64,000 nt of DNA, taken from NCBI RefSeq assembly GCF_006345805.1, contig NC_042997.1, forward strand, positions 21,948,001 to 22,012,000, written 5' to 3'. Below, in pieces: positions 13,336-26,763 of the stretch. The notes under the pieces are model-generated. The model was not told the DNA's origin and searched no databases. It worked only from the letters and a program-made list of their open reading frames with translations. Within the stretch, counting starts at the first letter, position 1. Every line of letters starts with the position of its first letter. This DNA is from Octopus sinensis (taxonomy: Eukaryota). Both the position numbers and the translations under genes were made by a program.

Positions 13336-14399
13336 CTATATCGACACCAATAGAACGCATTCTTTGATGGTGCTTCCAACTATTGTTGTTAATTTTGTTG
13401 CTGATGTTGCTGTTTACCACCGAAGCTTTCTGAAACGTTATTCAATATACCCGTTATTTTTTTCTTTAAGAAGGTTAAATGTTTGCTGCTATTTCGAGTA
13501 AGTCGAGCAACCACAATAGCTTCTTTCTTTGATTCGTGGTGGATAAACTAGTAGTCGAGAAAATAAGATTGATATTGTTACGTTTTCAAGATTAGATATT
13601 ATACAACAAATAAAAAGTTTTGGTGATGCTCTTAACAACTGGCACTGAGTGTGTTTGTATTAGAGATATATCCGGATAAATGCTAGTATGTATTGCATGG
13701 ATTGTAGCCTCAATAATGATGCTAATGCGTATTAAAATAGTAAAGAAACTTAATGAAACTGGTGAGGTTCGTGAGGTTGTTGTTGATGTACTTATGTTCA
13801 TTATATTGAAGGGCTGGACACTTTAAAAGAACAACACATTCGAATATATTACTCATCTTCTGTTATGAATTTTTGTAATGCTTAAGTGAGTTTTTAAAAT
13901 TTTTCATTGCTTGCTCATATGCGTTCTATTTTTTTATGTCAGTCTCACGATCAAAAGCTTACTTAAAAAGCATGTGGAGCCACTACGATCGTAAAATTAC
14001 TGCAGCGAGTTCTCAGGTTCTAAATTGTGATAAACAAGTTTTATATATTATACAAGGTTCAAAGTTATGTTCATTAAACATCTCAGTAACTTCCAATAAC
14101 TTTCGCCTTTAATCTCTCTGAAATCTCTTGATAATTTCGAAAAGTGGAAGTAACTACAGTAAACAGGGTTTTCTTAGACAAACGTTATGTTATTCTGAAT
14201 CTAATCGAAAGTAAATCGCTGTTAACAAAAGAATATTCTATTAATCTGATGAAGAAATCCCCAAACGGAAATTATCTTTTCAATCAATAAAAATCAACAG
14301 CTCAATTTCTTTATCACATAGCCAGTAACATTAACATTACTCTGAAAATATTATCGATACTGGAATTACCCAAGTGTATATCTAAATGGAAACATTAGC

Positions 14400-14409
14400 A
14401 TATATATAC

Positions 14410-14496
<87 letters not shown>

Positions 14497-14543
14497 GCGT
14501 GTGTGTGTGCGCGTGTGTGTGTGCGTGTGTGTGTATGTATATG

Positions 14544-14580
<37 letters not shown>

Positions 14581-14641
14581 ATGTACGTATATATATATGC
14601 ATGTATGTATATAGATAGATAGATAGATAGATAGATAGATC
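14400..14641. repeat. Compound (TA)n(TG)n(TA)n(GATA)n microsatellite
   Basis: Direct reading. Confidence 0.95.
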
Positions 14642-15559
14642 AATATGAGGATATATTGATCACTACTGTGATCTGATTAGCAGAAAACGTTTTTGAAGGG
14701 GACTCGGTGGCCTAAATTGCATTAGCATTTATAAATATCATATAGAGCAAAAAGACATTTACTTTAACATTTTCTTTTACACACTTCTCTAGATAAAAAA
14801 AAAATCTGAATTTTTGTTCGCAACAAATTCTTGATCCGTAAAATGTTCCAAACTATAAGATTCCTAAATTTCGCGCTCCTGAAAATCATGTCGTTACCAA
14901 ATTTCTGTAGCATTCGTAGAGGATGTAAAACTTGTAATTCTGGTTGTACTGTATACTAATGCGATCGGCCATCATTGTGGTTCATCACCGCTATGGATTT
15001 TTGTCCGCCACTCATTGCCAATAACTGACAGGTGAATGAAAATTTAACTTTTCCTTCATATTTCTAGGAAGTATTTTCACGTTAGATAATAAAAAAATGT
15101 TTATTAGATAACTGTACCGTTAATTAATGTAAAACAAATATAAGATGTCGGTTATGCATGCTGGGAAAGGAGACGAGAGTTACTAAGACCTCGCCACCTA
15201 AGTACCAACGAGCCGGAAGCAACTTTCCGTAAGTTCGGGCTAACAGACTGTGAGGACTTGACTCGTTTCCAATACCTTATTTGTAAGAACAATTATTGTA
15301 CCGAGCGGACTTTATGCTGATCCAGCTCCCTAGCCTACGACGCTCGGTCTCCTTATTTGCAATACGACAGCATTAAATGCTGGGCAATTATGATACATTT
15401 AAAAATTAAAGCGCGTCTTATAATCTGTAGATACGATGCACTTCTAATTTTTACGTTCATGATTAGGATCATTATCAGTGATGACTTACAATTTTTCCTC
15501 TGTAAATACCAACACTAGAACCACAATTTTGCTTTAAAAATGTAGAGTGAATAAAATTT

Positions 15560-16790
15560 CTATATCCTCATCCTGCTTTGCAAATAGCTCTTGTTCTAAC
15601 ATCATCAGCTCCTCTTGAAATCCTAGCAACTCCAAGAAAATAATCTTCTACGAAGTGTTTAAACCTTACATCATCTGTCAGCGATGAACATGTTTTGCTA
15701 GATTTGATGGAAAATCTGTAAAGCCACAGACACAGTCGGCCATACGTTTTGACTCCCCATAGTTGCTTCATCCGTAGCAGTTTCCCTTCATCTCATGACT
15801 CATTTCTGCTATTCACTGCAGCCATAATGCTGAACTTTCCGAGAGGTCTCACACAGTTGGTCTATTCTTTATATCATTGTGTTTGTGAGTTGCTTCAAAC
15901 TTATCCTTAACTTTAGAGTTAAACATCGCAATTTCTACCGTTAACTGGAAAGATCGTTTAAGCTCATTTGGATAGTTTGATGAATTGTCTAAAGGAGAAA
16001 TACTATCTTATAAGTATTTCACCAAAAGCATAGGTATATTAAATTTAGATTGCCTTTAGAGCTTTTGATTTGGGGAGTTATATAAATGAAAGGGTCTTAA
16101 TTTCGTATCTTACCTGCATTTGCTCCAGCAAGAAGCATCAGCCGATTTTTGGAAAACTTTTTCTTCACTAAAAATAAAGTCAGTAGGCATATGCTTCTTA
16201 AAAAGGACCCAGTTTAATCAATATCTTACACTTGTTCCGGTATATAGATGTCCCTAGTAATAATTTTTATCAATTCCTCAGAATAATTTGTATTAGTCTC
16301 TGTATCAGCATTGGCAACTTCGCCGTTCACTTTAATGTTGTATAAATTAAGGCATTTTCAAAGCAGCCTTTAATTTAAAAAAATTGGTATCATAAGTTGC
16401 ACATTCTACTTTCTGCTGATCGCCATACAAGCATTTATTTTTCACTTAAATAACCATTCTATTTATTAACGCATTAGTTCCAGTCCAATCATCGATCCAC
16501 ACTCTCAGGAGCCGTTTAATTTTAATTATTGCTTCATATATACGACAAAACACTGCCTCGGCCATTTAATGGAGTAAATTATTGAGCAATTAACATGAAT
16601 TTATTTTTTATTGTTAATTGTTCCTAATATAGACGCTACAAGTTTTTACGATCTTGCAGTATATTTGGGGTGTGGAGTTTCTTCGCAAAAAGTTTGTAAA
16701 ACAGCGAATTTCTAAAGTCAAACTTAATCCATCTACGATGAACGTTCGCATTACTGCTTTCACTTCCAACTGTTGGTCTGTTTACAGTCA
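15560..16790 (-). pseudogene. Highly decayed Tigger/pogo transposase
   Basis: The minus strand reads LYNIKVNGEVANADTETNTNYSEELIKIITRDIYIPEQV*DID*TG and RLMLLAGANA, matching the Tigger pattern LHNIKV.GEAASAD..YP..L.KII.EGGY..QQIFNVDET / DRLTLLLGANA. A C-terminal QEELMMLEQE-like patch lies near 15600. Many stops. Confidence 0.65.
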
Positions 16791-17989
16791 TCTTGAATAA
16801 GGGTAATGTACTTAACTTTACGGATTAGTAGTTAAATCCAACAGTAACAGTGCTCATATGAGTGTACAATCCTAGGAAAGTAATGTTGTTCATAATCGGC
16901 AAAAAGTAGTCGCCTTATGAGTGGAAAAAATATAAGCTATAAATATATATTTTGGCACAACATTACAAATAAAACAAATGAGCGCAAGAAGAGTGAAGAT
17001 CTGTTAGAGTAAAGTAAGTAGAAAAACTCAGATCAGTTGAATTGTTGCACGGACAAATATGGTGAAGGATTGCTGACGAAGAAGAGAATGGATGCTGGTG
17101 AGTATGAGATCAATGAAAAGCACTATTGGTACAGGCACAATCAAAATGAGAGACGAAAAAGAGAACGCGTGTGTGCTGACCAATTCGAACAAAATACCTA
17201 TCGTGAATTTAGTTTTCTAAATTGTTGAAATTTATTCATTTCTGTATGGGTGGATTTAGAAACCGTACGTTAGTGGTCATACTCTACAATTTCCATAAGT
17301 ACAGAATTCTAACACGCGCTTCATTTCTTCAAGTAACTTTGATTTATATAATGTTAATAGAGGGAAGCACATAGACGTTCCTTATATCCTGGATGTAGCT
17401 GCTAATAATGATTTTTACCTTCATTTCAGTATCTTTATAATGAATGACAAAGCACATGGTCAAGTAATACATGTCTTAGCTAGAGGTAATGTATAGGAAA
17501 TTAAAAGTATACGGCTTCAATTAGTTGGAAGGTAAACACATTTATAATGAAATGTCATATTTATTTCCCATATCGAAAATTTTATGAGCAATATTGTGAG
17601 CAGATATGAAACTCAAGTGAATAAATCACAATTTCATTTAATGCAATATAAATTTAATAACGTAAGCGAATAGTCATTTTAGCTCTTTGATGTTCTGTAT
17701 AGTTAACAATTCTACTGAAATACGTTTACATATACAACTTCTAATGATAAATAAGGCTATACATAACTTACAAAATGTGTATGCCGCTGCGACGCTTACT
17801 TCAGAAATGATCCCTTAACAGCATATGATGTTGAAACACTAGCAGTTACGCTTCCTTCCTGCAATCTCATAGAAATAATATACAAATCGTATTCTTTCTT
17901 TGTGTCAGCCAGACTATTTGATGTTCTTATACATCGCTGGTCTCAGTATGTTTCCATTCTTGCCCTGATTGATCCTTTCAATTTCACTT

Positions 17990-18790
17990 GAGTTTGAATT
18001 GTTTGTTAATGTCATCCTCCCATCGTCTCTCGAGTGATCTCTTCCGATTTCTTGCATACCACTCAACAACTGTACAAGTTCATCAACTGCCTGTGATGCA
18101 TGGTCTATATTAACTGTGCTTTGAGGACATCTTCAAGCTAGGCAAACGCCTTCCGCTCTGCATGAGATTTCAATGTTAACTTGGTATGTATTTATTGTCT
18201 GTCGCTAGCAGAAATACTTCTTTACTTTCTCAATTACATCGATTCCCAACTCAGTTCGGCTTTGTCTTGTGTTTTCGAATTGCATTGTTTTGTTTTCATG
18301 CAATTTATTTTGAGAATTATTGCTGAACACTGGATATCCAGTTTTCCCAGCATGGTATGAAGTTAATCTGAGGTTTCTGCAATGCGTATATTGGCTTCTG
18401 CAAATTGAAAGTGCTTTAGTAGCTCGCCATTGATGTTAAGGCTACTTTTCAAGAAAACAGTGTCTCTAATAACCATTTTGAAATATGCGTTGAAGATTTT
18501 GACACCCTTTATTTGACACCCTTCTCACACTATGGAAACAAAAAGCATATCAGGTGACACTTTCCAGGGAGTATTTTTCCCCTCTTTCAAATATCGATAG
18601 TAACTAGAACGAGGATTTTCTATAGCTGCTCTACTCCACTCCTTTATATTTCCGTTATTATACCATCTTTTGCTGGGTCTTTATCTCTGTTCTTCAACTT
18701 TAACGCATTCTCTATTTCACTGACCGGACTGGATGGTACTTCTTCCAACAATTGTGACGGTGAAATTAGGGAGATTTTGCTGCTTCTTGA
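17990..18790 (-). pseudogene. Decayed RTE-clade LINE fragment (RT C-terminus)
   Basis: Near 18010-18080 the minus strand reads TVVEWYARNRKRSLERRWEDDINKQF, matching the RTE-type W.PR..KR..GRP..RW.DDI motif. Upstream extent is uncertain. Confidence 0.5.
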
Positions 18791-19822
18791 AGCAAGGTCT
18801 CTCATTGATTCGTATTACACTGATGTCATTTGTGGTGATAATATATATGGCCAAGCTGCCAATATGAAATAGCTGTTAACATATGCTTTAGATTTTGAAA
18901 TTAGCAAAATATTGAATGCTTGAAGAAGTAGTATGTGGTTAGAGATGAATACGAAATAGTAGAGATTAAATGTAACTTGAGCTTCAAATTTACGCTTCAA
19001 ACTTACACTGGCAAAATCGCAGCTACTAAGCAAATAGTTATTGATAAATACCATAAATTTATTAATCTTTAGCAGCAGCGATATGCTAGTATAAACAAAC
19101 TTTTATATCAATAATTAAAATATATATATCCGTACTGCTTAAGTTGAAAAGTCGCTTCATTACAATCGATGGTCTGGAGATTACTTCACTCAATATTTAT
19201 TCAACAATGTTATTGTCAAATGCTAATATATCTTACTCTATGCAGACTCGATGTTATTTTCGATTGTTTAGACATTCATACTTGGCGTCTCCCACTCGAA
19301 TTTACATCCTTTGTAGAGCTTCTAATAGATTTATCAAATTTTGAAGATTAAAAATCTCATTTCCATTTTATTGATGTTTCAAGCCTATTATGAGTTAACC
19401 ATATGGCTCACTGCTAGTTGTACGATGAATGGGCTAGAGAACCAGTTCTTAAAATGAGTGGCAGCCCTCTCTAGGGGACGTTATGAGCTCACAAGTTGGC
19501 AGAAACTATCAAGTGAACAATAATGGAGGAACGCTAGGTATTTGGAGGGGTTGTGATTTTCCATAAGCATAACATATATAAACCACTTACAATACATACA
19601 TTTTAAGCAGATCACTGTCAAAGTACAATATTAACAGAATGTTGTGTAAAAGGAGAGCAGAACCATGACTTTTTCAAGAATGGGGTAAACATTAAATTAT
19701 TCTCCAATCATTTAAAAATATTTTTGTTGAATATTTATAATACTTTTAACAGTTGTTTATGTTTTATCTTCAATGTATCCAAATGTGTATTCGATTGGTT
19801 AACGCCAGTTATAAGGCTGATA

Positions 19823-20223
19823 GGCAGCGAGCTGGCAGAAACGTTAGCACACCGGGCGAAATGCGTAGCCGTATTTCGTCTGCCGTTACGTTGTGAGTTC
19901 AAATTCCACCGAGGTCGACTTTGCCTTTCATCCTTTCGGGGTCGATAAATTAAGTACCAGTTACGCACTGGAGTCGATGTAATCGACTTAATCCGTTTGT
20001 CTGTCCTTGTTTGTCCTCTTTATGTTTAGCCCCTTGTGGGTAATAAAGAAATAGGTATTTCGTCTGTCTTTACGTTCTGAGTTCAAATTCCGCCGAGGTC
20101 GACTTTGCATTTCATCCCTTCGGTGTCGATAAATTAAGTACCAGTTGCGTACTGGGGTTGATATAATCGACTGGCCCCTTCCCTCAAAATTTCGGGCGGG
20201 TCTTGTGCCTAGAGGGGAAAAGA
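19823..20223 (+). mobile_element. SINE family A, dimeric full-length copy with TSD
   Basis: Internal duplication of the gtatttcgtctg...gtcgat unit; target-site duplication ataaggctgata at 19811 and 20224. Confidence 0.9.
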
Positions 20224-23200
20224 ATAAGGCTGATAGTATTTTATTTGAAATTTTGTTAATAATATTTATTTTCTAATTTTTTTATTTATATGCACTAATA
20301 ACTTGAAATCATCTTCTTTAGCAGTTTCTAGAGAGAGAATAAAAAAGGGGCACACGTTGGATGATAAACTGTTACGAAATCTGGGTAATAAATCAGGCCA
20401 CTCAGTTAACTTCTGATTTATTTATTTATTTGCTAAACATGAAGCGTTCTTTTGTGAAATGCTATCCGGTGAAAAGGAACAACGAGTTTCAGTTAATAAA
20501 TCAGATTAGAACAAGATGAATGTACATACGGGGTATCATTCGCACGTATCACGTATTTTGTCTTGTAAAATTAAGCCTAGCTGAGCCTTTTTAACAGTTT
20601 GGAATGAGGATCGAACCCACTAGCTTCAGTGTAATTTAACAACATGTAAAGATACATTCACCTCTCCTTTTCAAACTGACTATGATAATAGATGAAGGCT
20701 ACTTATTAAATTGTAAACGAGTATGTACCTAGGCGTAAAGATAAGTTTGATGTCATCCCTAGAGTTGCATCAAGCGTTTATCAACATGATTGAACTTATC
20801 ATCGTTCTGCAATACAACATAATTTCTAAATCGAGATCAATCGAAATCGTTATCAATGCCTACTAATCTTTATTGGTTGTTTAGTCACAGTGAATAAATA
20901 TCTATCCATACACTTGTATTAAATAATATATGATACTGCAATCTAGAAACTAACCAAATAAATATTTGTTTACTTGACTTTTTTTCTTTCATAAAAGAAA
21001 TATTCCAGATCATTCTTTGTGCTGATCAGGACTTCATTATTTCTTTCATTATTTTTGTATCCTGTATAAATCCAAAACCGAGAGATAGGAAATAGCTTAA
21101 GAGAACAAATGTTGTAACAGGAAATTGGAATCATTAGCTATACAAATAGGGGGAAATAAAATGAGTGAGAAATAGGGGATTTCAAAACTACGACAATAGC
21201 AATTACATCTGTCAAATAGATGTTTTACAATGGAGCAAATACAGAATGGATAAGTTTTTAGCTTTTTTTTTTCCAGAATCTCTGTAAGGATTTCATGTGA
21301 GTCATTCTTTGGCAGATAATTCTATCAGATAATATAATTTCTATTTATATTAGTACATCGAAATGAAAAATATATATGCTCTTCAATTGTTGGTTATTAA
21401 ATAAGTATAATATAGAAAGAACACGAATGTCGGAGATAATATATATGATGTTCATGTGTATATGCAGTCATAGGCATGTGCCTATACACGTGAATGTAAG
21501 AACACATACATGAATATATATACACACACACACACATGAATACGTGCATACATATGAAAATTATGTATATATGTACACAAATGTTTATAATATATATACA
21601 CACATACGACGAACACACACATATAATTATATACATAAGGAATTATATAATTAGATATGTATAGATGTTTTTATATACATGAACGTAATTATAATTATTA
21701 GCTTTCCGTATGACTTGTTGGTTCCTTACCCCCCATATGTGTATTTGTATGTATGTATGCACAAATACGTGTGTGTGTTGAGCTGTAAACGGAAAGTATA
21801 TTTTACAGTGCAACGATTTACTATATTGCAATCAAAAAGAAAAACGTATGTGTAATTTATAATAGACCTCACACCGTCCTACAATATAATTTGGTTACAA
21901 AGGAAAATGATTACCTGCCATCTCTTTAACCTCCTACACCTCTTCCCACCGAGTCAGTTTCTTCCTCTCTTTCCCCAACGACAGTAACAGCAAAGGCTGT
22001 AGCAGTAGGAAAACTACAGTCGTGATAAGAAGTAACGACCTGTGTTATTTAATAGTACCACTCAGCGATAACTAATCAAGTAGCAGCAATTTTTCTTTGG
22101 AATAAATTGAATTTATCCGCCACGTTTGCAATAATAGATGGATATTGAAATGAGAGCGTTTCCCATGGAATGTACTGCAAAGTCTCATAGATCAGTTCAG
22201 ATTAGCTTCTGCTCTTTTTATTAAAGATTTCGTGTTATTCAAGTGAGATGGAATTAAATGACTTATTAATCGATAAAACAATGATAGATACGGAATATCG
22301 AGTCGAAAAATCAAACATTATGTCTTGAAAGCATTTAGTACGTGAGGATTTACATTTGAAAATCTTTATCTGGAGATAAGGTACTGCAAATGTATTAAAT
22401 TCGGTTCACACTAAGCGTGTGATACATGAATAGTTCGATTGTAATTCGCCTTCGATCTCTTCTCGAACAACATTATCAACTCTGTTCGCTTCAATTTACC
22501 TTGCTTGGAAAATAGATTTATATACCGTTCTCCCTACAGGTAAATATGTTTGCAATAAATTAGCGTCCTTTCAAGAGAAAATAGGTCCAAGTTTGTTTTA
22601 TTTGCTTAATGTTATGGAAATGTGGAATGGTTCCATGAAGCATTGTGAAATGTTTACAGACAGTACCCAATTATATGCTTAGTGTTACGATTTGGTTAGC
22701 CACAATTTTTTTGTTTCAGAGAAGATGAATTAGGAAATATGACTTCCATTAATAGCCTGAGAGAAATGAAATGTTTTCAATCAGAGATAAAAACTTAGTT
22801 ACCTGCACTTTAGTAAGTTCGGTTACAATTTTTTAGGTTATTCATAACTATATATGATATTGCATTGATAGATGTATTACTGCTTGACCGTTCGTATTAG
22901 GAAACTCCGTTGACTAAATCTGCTTTAGTGCATATGTACATGTAAAGAAAGTACATTTAACAAAGTAAATACTTTGTGTTATTTGTTATACGTGTAGTTA
23001 TGGGAATATTCTGATACTTAATAACCTTTCGTATTAAGAACCACCATTGACTAAATCTGCCCAAGCGCATATGTACAAATATAGAAATGAGCTAAAGAGA
23101 AAGTGCACTAACAAGGCAAATATTTTTCGTAGGCGTAAGATGAAACGTTTTCACAAAGCAGATTTATAACTCATGGAATCCACTGAACTTATCAGGCCGG

Positions 23201-23648
23201 AAGTATAATATCTATTGGAGAAACTTCAACAGCTTTCAAAATACGGACTGAATTTAAATCAATAAAACAATTTATGTAACAAATGTCGTTGAGTAGCGAT
23301 AAAACTTAGCTCACCTTCTAATATCATTTCACTTTGTGAAGTCTCTAACACCCTGGTTAATTTACCAGGGTAAATTTATATATATTAGAATTCATGAGTT
23401 CGCCTTCATACAACGTATGGGAACTTTCTGGGCTTTTTAGGGTTTTTTTATAATACAATAGTATATGTAGAGACGAAAGTTTACAAAGAAGGATACATGT
23501 AGATTATCCATTTCTTAGTTTATTGTTGCTTTTTATTTTATTTTGTCATCAGTATTAAAAAAGTTTATACAGTTCTATATTTAAGAGATTAGGAATTATG
23601 TACATTATTTACATTTGACGAATAGTTGTCCTCGTCTTGTTTGTTGTT

Positions 23649-23694
23649 AACACAACGTTTCGGCTCATATACCCTCCAGCCTTCATCGGGTGTT
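23649..23694 (-). ncRNA. Degenerate type I hammerhead motif (core CCGAUGA)
   Basis: Minus strand: AACAC-CCGAUGA-A-GGCUG-gagggUAUAU-GAGCC-GAAA-CG-UU-GUGUU. U4 is mutated and stem II has one mismatch. Confidence 0.55.
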
Positions 23695-23713
23695 TTGGGG
23701 AAATTTCGAACCT

Positions 23714-23776
23714 AGGTGGTTAAGAGCGCGGGCTAGTAACCCCAGGATTCCGAGTTCGATTCCAAGCAGTGACCTG
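23714..23776 (+). other. 5'-truncated tRNA-like (Thr-AGT-like) head with B box, between the inverted HHR arms
   Basis: ggtggttaagagcgcgggct-AGT-aaccccaggattccgaGTTCGATTCCaag followed by (AAT)n. No complete acceptor stem. Confidence 0.55.
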
Positions 23777-23791
23777 AATAATAATAATAAA

Positions 23792-24462
23792 GTAACTGCA
23801 GAATATGTGGAGATGGACAAGAAACAATAAATCACATTATCTCTAGCTGCCCAGTCCTGGCTAAGAAGGAATATATTCACAGACATGACAGAGTTGGAAC
23901 CTACATACATTGGAAGCTATGCCAACATTATGGAATAACAACAGAAAAAAGATGGTATAGGCACACACCAGAAAAGGTCACAGAAAACGAGAAAGCAACC
24001 ATACTCTGGGATATGCCGATACACACAGATAGAGAAATTAAGGCCAACAGACCAGATATAGTTGTCAGAGATCATGAAGACAAAAAATGCTTTCTAATTG
24101 ATGTATCAATACCGGCAGATGACAACGTGTCTCTAAAAGAAATGGAGAAACTCTCAAAATACAAAGACCTGGAAATAGAGGTAACTAGAATGTGGAACCT
24201 GAAAACAGAAACAATTCCTATCATAGTAGGTGCATTAGGCATGATAAAAAATATTCAGACAAATACATAACAAAAACACCAGGACTTACAAACACATATA
24301 ACACAGAAAATTGCACTGCTAGGCACTGCACACATCCTACGAAGAACACTTTCCATACAATAACCATCAGAGCATCACAACAAATCACAGCACATACCCA
24401 AGGCACACAGAGCTGCGCTCGGTAGTGAAGTGAAAGCACGCTATAAAAATAAAACTACTGAG
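23792..24462 (+). mobile_element. 5'-truncated R4/Dong-like non-LTR retrotransposon (CCHC plus restriction-like endonuclease)
   Basis: Frame reads NCRICGDGQETINHIISSCPVLAKKEYIHRHDRVG..ILWDMPIHTDREIKANRPDIVV..CFLIDVSIP..KEMEKLSKYKDLE (C-x2-C-x7-H-x4-C, RHD and PD..D..K motifs). Frameshift near 24255. Flanked by (TAA)n on both sides, the known Dong target. Confidence 0.85.
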
Positions 24463-24486
24463 TAATAATAATAATAATAATAATAA

Positions 24487-25042
24487 ATGCCCTGATGCAG
24501 TACCAGGCAGTGGCTCTCATGACTTCTGATCTTAACTGATTAGAAGTGTTATCATGTACATTGTTTTGTCTTGGTATAAAAGATGGGCTACAGCAAATAT
24601 TCTGCTCAATACCACAGATTTGCTTGTCAGTTGTTTGACTTTAACCAGTTGAGCATGTCCCTTAGTGGCTGACGATATGTGCATCTCTGATCACGAGCAG
24701 AAGTAGTGGGGGAGCATCATAGCCATGTGTTGAGAGGGATTCTTTGGGGTTTGAATAATTCACCTCTGGAAACATGGGTGTTTCGTTCAACATCCTTTAA
24801 CAACCCTTATTCAGGGACCTTTCGAGTGGGATGGGTTACTCGACCTGAAGAAAATTCTAACTGGGCCCCACCTGCAAGGTCATGTGCTGTTTATTTTGAT
24901 ATGAGATCACCATGTCGCGCACATATGGTTGTGATGCATGTGCCTGGTGTACCCTTATCAGACGGGTAGTCATGATGGGTATACTGGGTTTCGTATATTT
25001 TACCCCAGTGTCACTTTGATGGCATGCACTGCTCTCTCACTC
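24487..25042 (+). mobile_element. Unclassified interspersed element ending in a long (AAT)n tail
   Basis: Sits between two (AAT)n tracts directly after the Dong-like copy and has no convincing ORF. Only one copy in the window, so repeat status cannot be confirmed here. Confidence 0.35.
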
Positions 25043-25107
<65 letters not shown>

Positions 25108-25111
25108 TAAC

Positions 25112-25161
<50 letters not shown>
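25043..25161. repeat. (AAT)n microsatellite
   Basis: Direct reading. Confidence 0.95.
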
Positions 25162-25163
<2 letters not shown>

Positions 25164-25200
25164 TCTTAGGAATGAGAACCTAGGTTCGAAATTTCCCCTA

Positions 25201-25246
25201 AACACCTAATGAAAACTGGAGGGCATATCAGCCGAAACGTTGTGTT
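25201..25246 (+). ncRNA. Degenerate type I hammerhead motif (core CUAAUGA)
   Basis: AACAC-CUAAUGA-aaacug-gagggcauau-CAGCC-GAAA-CG-UU-GUGUU. G5 is mutated and stem II is eroded. Inverted partner of 23649-23694. Confidence 0.5.
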
Positions 25247-26711
25247 AACAACAAACAAGACGAGGACAAACATCCGTCAAATGTAAATAATGTATAAAAG
25301 TTAGTTCGAATGAAAAGAAACAATATAATCACCAGAAAATATAAGGGTGTTTTCTTACGTCATACAGTATGCATGGGAAAACTTTTCGTAAATTGACAAA
25401 AGATTTCAACTAACTCTGCTAATTCCTCCTCACCGCTTTTGCAGACAATTCTTCTTCCTATTCCATACTCTACCTACATAGAAACCACTTTTATGAACCC
25501 AATCCATATTTCCTCGATAAACACGGTCACCAAGTGCAAAATCTTCTCCAGTTTCTCAAATCAAACAAGGAGATTGGATTTCCCAGTTACCCCGCCATTA
25601 TTTTCAGTCAGACATTGTTAAAAAGTTGTATTTCCTATATCTCTAAAATTTCTCTCTCAGAATGCACAACACATGGAAAGATGACTGTGTCAGCTCTTCC
25701 AAAAACCAGGAAAAACAAACACTTTTCTGTTCCTGCCAACCGCAGCTTTATCTAATCATCTTCTAATGTCTAAAATAAAGTATAGACAGCCACAAATGAT
25801 CCCCTTTTCCATCTCCCCAATATGACTTCTTTCCATAGTATCATATCTACTAAAGAACTGCTTTCCTATGTCTTCTTCAACAGGTATCCGTCCGTGAGAA
25901 CTTTGATGAATAAACTGTTTTTGCTCTTTGCCTTGTCTACATGAAATGTAGGAATGTTTGCCAGAAGGCTACAGTCATATTTCATCTCTAGGATCAGCGT
26001 CTGCTGGAGGCGGAGCTTATACCGATCCACACTCAATAATTGTGGGCTGCCGCAGTATTCAGGTATGGGTTCTCCCTGATTTTGATGATACACATGTACG
26101 TACTGCTACTTCTAACCACACTGTTTTCTATACAAGATTATATTACCCTTTAAAGTTCTTTAACTTTATCAAAAGTGGTCTTGGAAAATTTCCGTCAACA
26201 ACACAAAGACAGAGTCACAATTCATTACTTCTCCCTTGCGCATGAAAAATCCACAAAAAAAACCAAAAACATCAAATTTGTTTCAATACTAGCTTGCATA
26301 ATATTTTATAGCATTTCATGGCAACCAATATATCTATGATAATGCTGGGGTCTAAAATTCAAAAGCACGCTGCATATCTAGGATTACATAATACTTCAGC
26401 TAAGACTGGCTATAAAGTACAAATAAGTCTCATATTAGAATACTGCATCCCTACCAGAGCATGAATAAGTAAATTGTTCCTCTCTTCTTTGTCATCATCT
26501 CACTAAATACTTTTCTCAGTCCTTCTTCTCAAAATGCATTCCTTTTTAATTCCATTTTTATGTAAGTTGTGTTATCGCTTCTTAACCGCCATGTCAGAAC
26601 ACCTATGATTATTTTTTTTTTTGTCGTCCCATCTTTCCCCGAGTATCTAAGGCATCGTTATCATATATGTCCTGTTGTGTGTAATATGTTTGGTTCATCT
26701 GAGAGAATATT

Positions 26712-26763
<52 letters not shown>

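Noticed and set aside
17030-17100. Strong donor gatgctg|gtgagt after a short open frame
   Set aside because: The upstream AG has no polypyrimidine tract and the peptide is unrecognisable.
22888-23085. Diverged ~60-bp direct repeat with a 137-bp period
   Set aside because: Old local duplication with no structure or motif worth pursuing.
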